Assembly: GCF_001194135.2 (NCBI RefSeq)
Contig: NC_068989.1
Coordinates: 92,855,649-92,919,648 of the forward strand
Direction of reading: 5' to 3'
Origin: Octopus bimaculoides
Lineage: Eukaryota
DNA length: 64,000 nucleotides
Below the pieces are notes generated by a model. That model was not told the DNA's origin. It did no database searches and worked only from the letters and a program-made list of their open reading frames with translations. Position numbers and translations under genes: made by a program. Position 1 is the stretch's first letter. Every line of letters starts with the position of its first letter. Positions 37,801 to 50,683 of the stretch are shown here, in pieces.

Positions 37801-38066
37801 AATGCATGCGTGCATTTCATCATCCACCTCTGCATTTGTTGTCTGAGTGCCTCTCCCCTGCTCTTCCCTGCAATCCTTTTTTTCATAGTCTCAACATTAA
37901 TTCCATGTATTTCTCTTGTGCTTCAAGAGACAAGATAGAAGACATGTTACAACTCGAAAGACAGGCTGTTGGAGTACCTCGATTTCACAGGGAAGGAACA
38001 AAGATTGCCTTGTGAACGTGGAAGTCTGAGAAGACCATTATTCGGAGCAATAATTTAGCCATTCAT

Positions 38067-38402
38067 GAAGGCGCATGGCTCAGTGGTTAGAGCATCGGGC
38101 TCACAATCATGTGGTAGTGAGTTCGACTCCAGGACCGGATTGTGTGTTGTATTCTTGAGTAAATCACTTAATTTTATGTTCTTCCAGTTCACTCAGCTGT
38201 AGAAAAGAGTTGCGAGGTCACTGGTGCCAAGCTGTATCGGCCCCTTTGCCTTTCTCTTGGATAACATTGGTGGCGTGGAGAAGGGAGGCTGGTATGCATG
38301 GACGACTGCTGGTCTTCCATAAACAACCTTGCCCGAGCTTGTGCCTAAGTTGAGAACTTTCTAAGTGCAATTCCCTGATCTTTCATGACCGAAGTGGGTC
38401 TT
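38067..38402 (+). mobile_element. Full-length tRNA-derived SINE family E (family D-like head, different 3' body)
   Basis: A box tggctcagtggttag, B box gagttcgactcc, gtgttgtattcttgag...cactcagctgtagaaaagagttg. Confidence 0.85.
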
Positions 38403-38796
38403 TTAATTTAACAACTTAGGCTAAACCCTTCCAGCTATTGGAATCTTGTTCTGAATATTCTGGGGGTCTATCCAACTGTGTTTTGCAAGTTCTTGTCATT
38501 TCCAAAATATATGCACAAAACGTTCACTCACTACGTACTACAGTCTTGAGCTACCGCCCAGTTTTCTGACTCGGCAAATTCTCCTGGCCTCGTGAGTTCA
38601 TGTCGTGCTACGTTGCGTGGGTATTCCTAGCGAAGCGCCTGACGCTTTCCGATATTTGAGATTTTATGATATCTCATTCAGCTCATATGTTGTCGAAGAC
38701 CTTTTTATCGGTTTTTGATATCTAATGTGTATGGGTGCGTGTGTAGACATTTATATATATGAGTTTGTGTGTGTGTGTGTGTATGTATACACACAC

Positions 38797-38868
<72 letters not shown>

Positions 38869-39710
38869 GCACCTATACAGGCATAAATACATACATGTGT
38901 GTGTGTAGATATCGCTAAAATATGCTTATACATGTATATATACATTTATATTTATATCTTATATATTGTGTATACACACTCACACACACAAGCACATATT
39001 CAGGCACATACGCTTATATGTGTGTGGAATATTTGCATCTATCTGTGAGTGTGTGTGTGTATTTAAACACAAATGTACATATAATTGCATAAAAATGTAA
39101 ATAAAAAAGTAGAAAAAAACACAATGAAATAATCAATATAACCATGGAAGAATATGATGACAAAATCAACAAGAAAACCACAGATGCAATGACAGTATTA
39201 ATATCATCTGGGCAAAATACCAAAATCGAAAGATCTTAAAGCGAAAGATGGCATATGCACAAGTAAATATCCTGCCACACTGAACATAAGAGAGAAAATG
39301 ATATAAACGATATGTACAGACACATATATACACATTTGTGTAGATGTATGTGTATAAGCCGTTTTTATATTTGCTTGCTCACAACATGGCCAGACGTTTC
39401 AACTCTTGGTTCTACGGAGAAGACAATTTCACAGAAAAACACAATAAACAATGAGAAGAATTGAATTATCTTCCCTTGTTGGAGAGAACAATAAGCTTAA
39501 TATATCTATTCTACATCATTCCGCCCTCCCTTTTACTACAGTTTTCGTTACGGCTTTTTTGTAGAATACTACGATCATCTAATTATGTGTGTGTGTGTAT
39601 GTGCATGATATATATATATACATATGTGTGTGTGTGTGTGTATTTATATTTATACACATGCACAGGCGCACACACATGCACACATACAGACAGACAGACA
39701 GACAGACGAA

Positions 39711-39755
<45 letters not shown>

Positions 39756-40080
39756 GTATAATGGATTCTCCAGTCGACCCAGACCTATGAGGGTTCAAGT
39801 AGTCACTATCCCAACTGTCAGACTAGCCACATAGTTGACTTGTTTTCGATGATGAAGCCTTTTATAGGATCACTCACACTTTCAGGAAATGCTCACAGCA
39901 GAAATTAGGGAAACTGCTTGCCATGAACTTAATGAAGTTCGTATCTCAGGTTTTTCTAAAAGACTACTTGTTTGGATGCTAAACTCACTCTAATTTCACT
40001 CTGGAAGTTTGCCTCTATACCTACAACGGGCAAGAGTTGTCTGCATACATGCATGGGTACGTATATATATGTGTGTGCGG

Positions 40081-40325
40081 TGGAGGCGCGTGGCTTAGTG
40101 GTTATGGTGTCAGCATCATGATCGTAAGATTGTGGTTTCGATTCCTGGACCGGGTGACGCGTTGTGTTCTTGAGCAAAACGTTGCTCCAGTCCACTCAGC
40201 TGGCAAAAATGAGTAACGCTGCGATGGACTGGCATCCCATCCAGTTGGGGGGAACACATACGCCTTTGAAACCGGGAAACCGGGCCCATGAGCCTGGTTA
40301 GGCTTTAAAAGGGTGCATTTATTTT
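40081..40325 (+). mobile_element. Full-length SINE family D
   Basis: tggaggcgcgtggcttagtggttatggtg, ggtttcgattcc, tail ggctttaaaagggtgcattt. Confidence 0.92.
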
Positions 40326-40364
40326 ATTTATTATATGTGTGTGAGTGGGGGTACTTACCTACAT

Positions 40365-40650
40365 ACAAAGAATACTAGTGGAATATTCTCATCAAAACTT
40401 CTGTCAAGTGTAAGCGTCACAGGCCGGATATTGTTGTTTAGGAAGGAGGGGCAAACGTATGTACCGTCGTAGAGGTCAACTGCCCTACAGATATAAATAA
40501 TTCTTTGAAAATCAAAGAAAAATAGGATATCTATGGACAGCTGCTTCAAAACCTCCAGCTTCTATATCAGGACTATGAATTCATATTCATTCCGATAATA
40601 GTTAGAGCACTAAGTTTTGTTAGTAAATGCTTAAAGAGGAATCTGCGCAA
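40365..40650 (+). mobile_element. R4/Dong-type LINE RLE endonuclease fragment (distinct subfamily)
   Basis: EY*WNILIKTSVKCKRHRPDIVV*EGGANVCTVVEVNCPTDINNSLKIKEK*DIYGQLLQNLQLLYQDYEFIFIPIIVRALS shows the PD..E..K RLE pattern with in-frame stops. Confidence 0.85.
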
Positions 40651-40699
40651 AAGGTCCCAGAATGAAGGCTGTTTAAGAAAGATGAACGAAACAACCCTT

Positions 40700-40988
40700 T
40701 GATTCCTGAGGTGAATTATCCAAACCCCCAAATATTCCTCTCAACACATGGCTATTGTGTTCTCCCACTTCTTCTGCTCCTGATTAGAGGTGCACATATC
40801 ATTAGCCACTAAGGGGGATGCTCAATTGGTTGAGGTCAAGAAACTGACCAGAATATTTGCTGCATCCCATCTTTTATACCAAGACAAAACATGGACATCT
40901 TAACACTTCCAATCAGTTAAGATCAGAATTCATGAAGGCCCCTGCCTGGTACTGCATTAGAGCAGACGTCCTGCATCAGGATAAGCTA

Positions 40989-41019
<31 letters not shown>

Positions 41020-41020
41020 G
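40700..41020 (+). mobile_element. Unclassified interspersed repeat ending in an (ATT)n tail, probably a retroposon 3' region
   Basis: Complex sequence ending ctggtactgcattag...aagctac(att)n. Family assignment is from recollection only. Confidence 0.35.
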
Positions 41021-41204
41021 TAGTTGCCGATATCTGTGCTATTATTACTTATATTTATATATTTTAAAAATATATATAAGTAATTCAAAATATGAAAAAA
41101 TCAAAAGAAAGTAAAAATATAAATTCACAAAAGAATATGAAAAAAAAATTTGGAAAGCCAATACAAAGCGAACTCACAAAATTTATGAGATGATGAAGTA
41201 TAAT

Positions 41205-41248
41205 ACTAATGACAATAATAATAATAATGATAATAATAATAATAATAA

Positions 41249-41285
<37 letters not shown>

Positions 41286-41305
41286 GGTGGTGGTAGTAGT
41301 AGTAA
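41205..41305. repeat. Compound (TAA)n(TAG)n(TGG)n array
   Basis: Seen directly. Confidence 0.96.
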
Positions 41306-41308
41306 TGG

Positions 41309-41517
41309 CTTCGCATTTTTGACACAAGACGAGCTATTTCGGATGAGTGGTATAGTCAATTGCATCGACCCCAGTACTCAGCTGGTACTTATTTTATCGA
41401 GCCCAAAAGGATGAAAGGCAAAGTCGACCTTAGCAGAATTCGAACTCAGAACGTAGCGACGGGCGAAATACCGCTAAGCATTTCGTCCAACGTGCTAACG
41501 ATTTTGCCAGCTCACCC
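41309..41517 (-). mobile_element. SINE family B, near full length
   Basis: gcatcgaccccagtactcagctggtacttattttatcga...gtgctaacgattttgccagctcacc. Confidence 0.92.
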
Positions 41518-41521
41518 ATAA

Positions 41522-41687
41522 TAAAGAAGAAGAAGAAGAAGAAGAAGAAGAAGAAGAAGAAGAAGAAGAAGAAGAAGAAGAAGAAGAAGAAGAAGAAGAA
41601 GAAGAAGAAGAAGAAGAAGAAGAAGAAGAAGAAGAAGAAGAAGAAGAAGAAGAAGAAGAAGAAGACAAAGAAGAAGAAGAAGAAGAA
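41522..41687. repeat. (AAG)n, about 55 units
   Basis: Seen directly. Confidence 0.98.
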
Positions 41688-41769
41688 TCCTGTTCTCTCT
41701 TAGCCTTTCTAGTAGTATTTCTAGTGGAGCCATTATAATAGAACCTGATAATTGGAATTACATGATTAG

Positions 41770-42620
41770 TTCCACCGTGAAACCAACAAATTAAAAGACC
41801 AGGAAGTATCATGGAGGTGGCTCAACAAGAGTGACTTGAAAAGGAATGGTGAAAGCCTAATCATTGCTGCCCAGGACCAGGCATTGTATACCAACTCAGT
41901 GAAAAAGAATATATACCACACAAGTGCATCGGACCTCTGCAGAATGTGTGAGAAGAGGGTCGAAAGCGTGACTCACATTGTTAGTGCTTGTGAAAGTCTT
42001 AAGTAGAAAGAGTACAAGCGTAGACACGATAATGTAGCCCCAAACCTCCACAGCTGCTATGTCGTAAGTATGGATATGAGGTTACGGGTGCTTGGTACCA
42101 ACGTACACCGGAAAAGGTAATGGACGAAAAAGGGAAGGCAAAAATCCTCTGGGACTTCGACTTCCTGACAGACAAGGTGTTAGAGCACCGAAGGCCGGAT
42201 ATAGTAACTTTTAGGAGGGACAAACAAGATTGCCTAATAATCGACGTATCAGTGCCAGGAAATCAACACATCATCATGACAGGAAGAGAAAAATTGATAA
42301 ATATGGAGACCTGAGAATTGAGATCGCTAAAATGTGACAGCTACGAGAAGCGAACATAAAGGTTATCCCTATTGTCATCGGAGCATCGGGTTCAAAACCA
42401 CCCACTCTGAAAAAAAAAAAAACATTTGAAAACCTTAGAAACAGCCTTACAATCTAGATGTATTGCAAAAGTAGGCATTACTTAGAACTGCACGAATATT
42501 GTGTAAAGTACAGTCTGTCTGAGGTCCTTGTTATGACTTGACAAACAGTAAAAAACGCCTGGTAGACACAATATTTTCAATCAACATCACGATATTGGAT
42601 ACAGTGTGACATCTATAGTA
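41770..42620 (+). mobile_element. 5'-truncated R4/Dong-type LINE (zinc knuckle, RLE endonuclease and 3' UTR)
   Basis: SWRWLNKSDLKRNGESLIIAAQDQALYTN..CRMCEKRVESVTHIVSAC..YKRRHDNVA..KILWDFDFLTDKVLEHRRPDIV..IIDVSVP..KYGDLRIEI..PIVIGASG..LQK*ALLRTARIL. Stop at 42520-42522. Contains frameshifts. Confidence 0.95.
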
Positions 42621-42644
42621 ATAATAACAACAACAACAACAATG

Positions 42645-42705
<61 letters not shown>

Positions 42706-42732
42706 TAATAATAATAATAATAATGATGATGA
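42619..42732. repeat. (TAA/CAA/TGA)n array between the LINE 3' end and a reverse SINE
   Basis: Seen directly. Confidence 0.97.
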
Positions 42733-42922
42733 TTTCAAATTTTTGCCAAAAGGGTAGCTTGAGGGAAGAGACTATGTCGGTTACATCGACCCCAGTGCGT
42801 AACCCCCAAGCTGCCCTTAATAATAATCCTTTCTTCTAAGGGCACAAGGCCTGAAATGTTTGGGGAGGGGGCTAGTCGGATACATCGAATTGAGTGCATA
42901 ACTGGTATTTATTTTATCGACA
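42730..42922 (-). mobile_element. Two tandem family B 3' fragments
   Basis: gatttcaaattttt...tacatcgaccccagtgc and taataatcctttcttctaagggcacaaggcctgaaat...actggtatttattttatcgac. Confidence 0.8.
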
Positions 42923-43010
42923 TCTCCACGCACATAGATATATAGATAGATAGACAAACAAATAGGTAAATAGATAGATAGACAAACAGATAGATAGATA
43001 AATTGATAAT

Positions 43011-43058
<48 letters not shown>

Positions 43059-44403
43059 ATGCAAAAATAATGGTAAACAGGAGATTTTATTTTGTACTCT
43101 GATATACCATAGACGCCCGCCCAGTTCTTCCATTTGGAAGCCGTCGTTAAATGTTTCAGTCTTGGAAATGCTTAAGTTTTTAATAGGATTTTGTACAAAT
43201 TTCCTGTCTGATTTACCAATATTGAATGCTTAGAGGTAAAATGCTTATTAATCTACAGAACAAATACAACTGAACCCCTGCAACCACGGAAATATGGTAA
43301 TCGGCTACAAGAAAAGACACACACAGAGACGCAAACACACACGCATACGCATAGATACAAACAGATAGATAGATAGACAAATAGATAGATAAATAGATAA
43401 AGAGAAAGAGAGAGAGAGGGACAGATGGATAAATGGATGAATATAAATATGTATAAACACGGCTGTGTGCATCAACACATGTAGGTATATATCTTTAAAT
43501 ACGTATATCTATGTACATATGTGTGATGATATTGTAAATATAAATATTTACCTCTTTCTCTGTGTGTAGGTATACATATTTCTATATGCGTACATACACA
43601 AAGTAATATATGTAAATATATACATACATTCACAAGCTACTACATGTGTATATGTACACACACACATATATGCGTGTATATATATATATATGTGTTTGCA
43701 AGTGTATGTTTTCAATTAAATGTTATTCCATTTTAAAAATTAATATGCATTAAGTTTTAAGTTATTAAAGAACCAGGAGAAAATTCTGTCAGCAGCCAGA
43801 TTTTGATTANNNNNNNNNNNNNNNNNNNNNNNNNNNNNNNNNNNNNNNNNNNNNNNNNNNNNNNNNNNNNNNNNNNNNNNNNNNNNNNNNNNNNNNNNNN
43901 NNNNNNNNNNNNNNNNNNNNNNNNNNNNNNNNNNNNNNNNNNNNNNNNNNNNNNNNNNNNNNNNNNNNNNNNNNNNNNNNNNNNNNNNNNNNNNNNNNNN
44001 NNNNNNNNNNNNNNNNNNNNNNNNNNNNNNNNNNNNNNNNNNNNNNNNNNNNNNNNNNNNNNNNNNNNNNNNNNNNNNNNNNNNNNNNNNNNNNNNNNNN
44101 NNNNNNNNNNNNNNNNNNNNNNNNNNNNNNNNNNNNNNNNNNNNNNNNNNNNNNNNNNNNNNNNNNNNNNNNNNNNNNNNNNNNNNNNNNNNNNNNNNNN
44201 NNNNNNNNNNNNNNNNNNNNNNNNNNNNNNNNNNNNNNNNNNNNNNNNNNNNNNNNNNNNNNNNNNNNNNNNNNNNNNNNNNNNNNNNNNNNNNNNNNNN
44301 NNNNNNNNNNNNNNNNNNNNNNNNNNNNNNNNNNNNNNNNNNNNNNNNNNNNNNNNNNNNNNNNNNNNNNNNNNNNNNNNNNNNNNNNNNNNNNNNNNNN
44401 NNN

Positions 44404-44436
<33 letters not shown>

Positions 44437-45799
44437 TATATATATATTATATATGTGTGTGTGCGTGTGTCAGTGTGTCACTGGTTTTACGGTTGTGAGA
44501 GATATAATGAAACTCTGAATCTACGCAATACGCTTAACTTGGTGGAATAACATTCCTTATTCATAGCTAACTCTCTGTGAGTCACTTCCCTGGGTCTTCC
44601 ATTTCAGCTTGTCGTGGGGTATGGAAGGCTGCGTCAGGATTCAAGAAATGCTACGTTTTCTCAAGAACTTTTCATTTCTATTGAATCCCAGAAACGCTAA
44701 CTTGTTGAACTCGTCTTAAATGTAACCAGCTCCCTCTACCGTCTTTGATCTAAATCAAACAGATCTTTGAGCTATCCATATGAGCAGTTTAACCTCTAGA
44801 AATCTAATTTATAATTGAGTTATTTTTTTTCTTCACGTTACTTATTCTTCCCACCAATAAAAAAAAAAAAAACTTTTATGAAACTTTTCTCTGCTTTAAA
44901 TGAGAATGTGTTCAGAAGTAGTTTTAAAGAGAATAAAACGATCAGCTGGCGCAGACTCCCAGAGTCATAGAAATGGAAAAGAAACTTTAAATGGTACAAT
45001 TTCTTTATCAACGTGGCAGTAGCATCTCTTTCTCTAAGTGCCGAAACACATTTTGCTGCCCCAGAACCTTCATTAACAAATTTTGTTTTTACCAAGATTA
45101 CTGTTAAAATCTCTTACTTCACTTTACTAACTTTATCCAGCCATCCTAACCTTTTAAATGAATATCAAGTTACAGCTATATCTATGACAATTTTAATATA
45201 TGTCTCTTCGACTTTAAATGTCTCTCTAGTGACTCAAGTTTACCAATGCATATGGAAACTAATATATCTTCGAAGTTGTACATTTGTCTCACCGTCAGTT
45301 GTTTTAAAGCTTACTCTTTAAATCATACATACACACTTCGAAATTTAAACCGAAGCAATAAAACATCATTGCATTACATCAATTGAAAAAAAAAGAATGC
45401 TCATAGCAATAAATATAACAATAAATCATGCAGTATGTGTACTTCTGGGAACTTCGAAATTTATTTTGCCAAAGACCCAATTCTGAGTTTTATCGCAAAA
45501 GTATTGTTCTTTAAGACCGACAAATATTTTGAACCAATTATTCTCATCCTCACACTTATATAAGCTTAACGTTGACCTCTGTTCTAATTTTCCTCCAGGT
45601 ACATTTATATTAACTTAATCTTAACTTAGTACTACCTTTGATTGTAATCTGCTCTTGCCATCTTAATATTCTAAATGGCATCGCCATTTTGCCACGTCTG
45701 TTAAAGCAGCAAACTGTATACTATACATATGTGAAAGTGAATTTTGAGGTTTTGAATCGTACGCAGAGCGTATCATTTACAACCATACCTTCATATATA

Positions 45800-46651
45800 C
45801 GTATTCTGATCAGTAAGTATCCGGACTGTTGCTATAGTAACAAAGCTAATGAACTCTGCTGTGTACTAAGTTTTAACGTTCTAGCTCACTTCCGCTGTTT
45901 TCAGCAGTGCTTGGAAGGAAGGTGTGTAGCACGTGATCATCGCATTGACAATGACAGAGAAAGATGAGCAGAGCATCTGCATCAAATTTTTCCAAAAAGC
46001 TTGGCGATACTTGCTCAGAGGCCTAGCAAAGTTTTCAAAAACTTTTCATCATTCTCGATACAGTCAAGGAAATCTTGTCCAACTGAAACCCGAGTGTCTT
46101 TTTGGTCAACTGAAAGTAGTTTTGCCTCAAACTTGGCAGACATGCATCTCATATCCAGATTTAAAGTGATGATGGACTGAAGTGAACCATAACTAATCTG
46201 CACAATGTCTGATAACTTACGGATGGTGATTCCACGATTTCCCCTCACAGCTGCAGGCGCATCTGCGATGTTTTTCTCATTCTGCTGGTTGAATGATCTC
46301 CCAGAAAGTTCGTCAATAGCGACATTTTTTCGGCCATCTTGGAAGCATCTGAACCTCTCGTACATTTGTGTGCGACTCATACACTCCTCTCCATACATTT
46401 TCTGCAACATTGCATAAGCCTCTGAGCGGGCATCGCCATGACAACTTCCTCTGCCATGGTCAATGCGATGATCACACGCTACACATCTTTCTTCCAATCA
46501 CTACTGTAAATAGCGGAAGTGAGCTAGAACATTAAAACTTAATGCGCATGCGCAGCAGAGTTGCAGGTCAATCTTTGCCAAACGGCTTCACTCTGCGTGC
46601 TTTAACTTCTTTATTGTGGCAACAGTCCGGATACTTATTGATCAGACCTCC
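45800..46651. mobile_element. Fold-back mariner derivative: two inward-facing 5' ends, N-terminal transposase only
   Basis: Termini TA|CGTATTCTGATCAGTAAGTATCCGGACTG and TA|GGAGGTCTGATCAATAAGTATCCGGACTG. The minus strand gives EAYAMLQKMYGEECMSRTQMYERFRCFQDGRKNV..DELSGR..MRCMSAKFEAKLL..ENDEKFLKT. The plus arm gives MTEKDEQSICIKFFQK. Confidence 0.9.
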
Positions 46652-47695
46652 TACATATATCCTTTCTGCGTTAATTTCCTTACATATTTACATTGAACTA
46701 ATCTCTGAATTCGTGCAATTATTCCGATTCTCTTTTCGACATTTTTACTGATTTTCAAAAATAATTTTGCCTTTGTCTATTTTTATAAGTGCTATTCTTT
46801 TCTTGTATCTGGTATATTTTCTCATCCCTTATCTCATTCAAATTCATACTTTCATTTCTCATAGTTGGTCTAAGCAGGTATTTTCTTCTATTCCCCCTCT
46901 CAACTCCCCCATACCATTTCATCTAATCTATTTCAACCTACAGTGTAATTTATCATTTTATTATTTCATTTCTTCCATTTATTTCTTTATAATTTTTCAC
47001 ACATCCTCCTACTCATATATTTATTCTACAATCTAACACATGATTTTCCAAAATTAGTGATTTCATATTTCTTTACCATCACAGAAATTTTTCATTTTAT
47101 TCCCTTTTTATTTTCCCACATGTTAACACTCCATACTCATAATCTCACTAGTACTTCAATGAAAACCTCCTCCATATTTGAATTTTTTCCCACATATCCC
47201 ACTCTTGTATTTAACTCTTTATTATAAAATTTAAAAAACTGCATTCCTTCATTGCTTTGTTCACCTTGATAAGAATGCTTACCATTATCTCTACACATTT
47301 TATCTGGTATTTAAATATCATTTAATATACATATTCCCCTAAACATCAAAATACTTGAATTTACAACAGCATTTATGTACGGGTGCAAAGAAGTTTCATC
47401 TCCATATTTGCATATATTCCATCTATACAACGACTTCAATCTTATTCTACTTCAATTATTATTATACAGGGTCGCCCCCAAAATACGTTTACAGTTATCA
47501 CGTAGGCACTTTAAATATCTTTTAAAACATTTTATTACATTTAAATTTCTATCTTACAAACTGAAAAGGGAGCTTGACAAAATTAAATAAATTAGCGGAG
47601 AATAGTGGTTTCATATTTTTTATGATTAAGATCTAACTATTAATATATGAACACGAAAGAGATTTTTGAATAAATGTAAACCTACTTTTGGGCCA

Positions 47696-47752
47696 CTTGA
47701 GTATCTCTTCAATACTTGAGTATCTCTTCAATACTTGAGTATCTCCTCAATT
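47696..47752. repeat. 19-bp tandem repeat x3 (cttgagtatctcttcaata)
   Basis: Seen directly. Confidence 0.95.
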
Positions 47753-48027
47753 GACACGTAAGTAAATATTTTACTTAGTTTTTGTACTGGGTTTGCAAGA
47801 TTATTGATGTGAATAAGTGTGTTGAAACAAATCTTGTGTCTTTGGAAGCTTATTATACCAATAATGATAACACACGCACTGATTCAATATCACTTCTTGT
47901 TATTCAATTGATTAAACATCTAATCAATTAACTAATCGACCGTTTGTTTAATTTACTGATTAAACAATCATTCGGCTTTTGCTAGTCAAAGTCCTTTCGA
48001 CGCTGTTCGTGACCTTTTCAGTACCTT

Positions 48028-48049
48028 GCTCTCTGTCTCTGTCTCTGTC

Positions 48050-48102
<53 letters not shown>

Positions 48103-48115
48103 GTCTCTGTCTCTG

Positions 48116-48206
<91 letters not shown>
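48028..48206. repeat. Compound (CTCTGT)n(CTGT)n(CT)n tract
   Basis: Seen directly. Confidence 0.97.
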
Positions 48207-48208
<2 letters not shown>

Positions 48209-48574
48209 GTAGGTATATAAACATAAGATCCAAGGATCAGAGTGTAGAAGGTAAATAAGCCTGAAGCAATCGGTAGAGAATATGAAAAATAACTTTCGGG
48301 AACAATAGTGGTTTATTGGTGCGGAAGATTGTGAATTTTATGGAAGTATGAATAGCTGAAAACAATGATTTAATAATTCACGGTTGGCGACCAGAGTTAC
48401 CAAGTATGCGAATAAAAATCCAAAATGATACCCTCGGCCTGATACACTTGGCCTGCGATACACAACTCGCTTGGTTAATTACTACTTCTGAGGTTCCGCT
48501 CTCTATGAAACATATGTAGGCCGGATTTTATCTACTCCATTCCTTAAGTTTTGGTTATGTGTGTGCGTGTGTAT

Positions 48575-48740
48575 AAGACGGGTTTCTACACAGTTTCTGT
48601 TTATCCTATTCAGTTACAAGTTACTGATCGACCCGGGGCTATTGTAGAAAATACTTACAGAAAGTGCTGCACCATGGGATTGAACCCGGAACAATAACAT
48701 TGCAAAACAGGCTCCATGACTGCATAACCATGCCTGCGGA
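48575..48740 (-). mobile_element. SINE family A, 5' half, degraded
   Basis: gacgggtttctacacagtttctgttta...ggggctattgtagaaaatactt...gggattgaacccggaac...aaccatgcctgcg. Confidence 0.75.
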
Positions 48741-49570
48741 AGCATAAACAAATGAAAACCGAATACATTAAATTTGACAACTTAGTTCAAGAAACAAAGA
48801 ACGACAAAAGAAAAAAAGATAGAAAGAAGATTGAAATGCTGATGTCAAAGGATAGCGATCCAGAAATTCAGCAAGGGAGGTAATTTTTAAAAAATGCAAA
48901 ATGCATTAATAAGAAATATTTGATTCTTGTTGGTGAGGATGAAGACAGCAACCATCAGGTTTCAGATCCATTAGACTTCACCAGGAACCACGTTAAGAAG
49001 AAGGCAGTCAGAATTTTGGATAATTCTTTATTAGCGTTTTCGTCTGTTCAATCGAACTTTTGAGATATAATGTACAGAAAATTTCTTACGCCTTTTATAT
49101 AAATCGAAAAGAAGATGTTGTTTTGTTTCGTTTAGAAGAAGAGAAATCTTGTCTTTGGAGATGCAAAATTTCTCCTCTTCTAAACGAAACAAAGCAACAT
49201 CGTTTTTTAGATTTATATATAAGGCGAAAGAAATTTTCTGCGCATTATGTCTTCAAGAGGTCGATTCAACGAGCGAAAGTGCTAACAAAGAATTATCCAA
49301 AATTTTGACTGCCTCTTTCTACTTAATATACAATATCTGTACATCACTTCAAACACACCATACATACATGCATGCATGCCTACATTCATTCATCCGTCCA
49401 GCCATACATACATACACACATATTTACATACATACATATATATAAATAGTGACATACATGCATACATATAGTGATTTCGAACTTTCGGACTATTAAGCCA
49501 TCATCGGACAGCCCGACAATAATTTACAAAGCCGGAACTTTGATACCACAGACAATATTCTCGTTTAAGA

Positions 49571-49686
<116 letters not shown>

Positions 49687-49700
49687 TTACGTGTGATATT

Positions 49701-49741
<41 letters not shown>

Positions 49742-50016
49742 CGGCAGGTGGAGGGCATAGGCTGAAGAGCATCCGTATTTGGTTTTGGTGCTGGTTTACA
49801 TCTTGTCTGTTAGTCGCTGTCGTGTGTGGTCCCTTTTGCATGGATGCCATCTTGTAGAAACATGAAAGGAAAATAGAATTAGATGGAAATAGATAAAGAA
49901 AGATGAAAGACAATGCGGAAAAAAGAAACATTATTTTCTTTCGTATGCCTTCTCTCAAACTGAGACACACACGCGCAACCAAACAAACATATACACACAC
50001 ACATGTATAAATACAT

Positions 50017-50078
<62 letters not shown>

Positions 50079-50255
50079 GTTCACATATACCTATTATATA
50101 TGTATACACACACAAACATGTATATACATATATATATATACATGTATATATATATACATATATGTATATATATGTATATGTGTGTATGTATATATACATA
50201 CTTATATATATGTATATATATATATACACACACACACATACACATACACACGCGT

Positions 50256-50316
<61 letters not shown>

Positions 50317-50630
50317 CATACATACATACATAGATATATACCGACATATATGAATATATATCACTATGTATAGATGCACACACACAGACACAAAGGCACG
50401 TGCTCACACACAGCGAAACACATGCACGACCATGTGTTTGTAAGTGTATGCGGATGGAGGAATAGTGAGAGAATATAAAGAATTTTCAATTCGAGGCAGA
50501 GAAGGAAAGAAGACAGAAGATGATCATCCTTGTTTCATACCTCTGGTTTCATTTAAATCTCACATGAAGAAGATCGCAGTTACCTTGTGGTGTACTGCGC
50601 TGACGGTTACAAGGGACTTATGCGTAAAGT

Positions 50631-50683
<53 letters not shown>

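Noticed and set aside
47484-47620. TA-CAGGGT Tc1-like terminus
   Set aside because: No matching inverted end was found.
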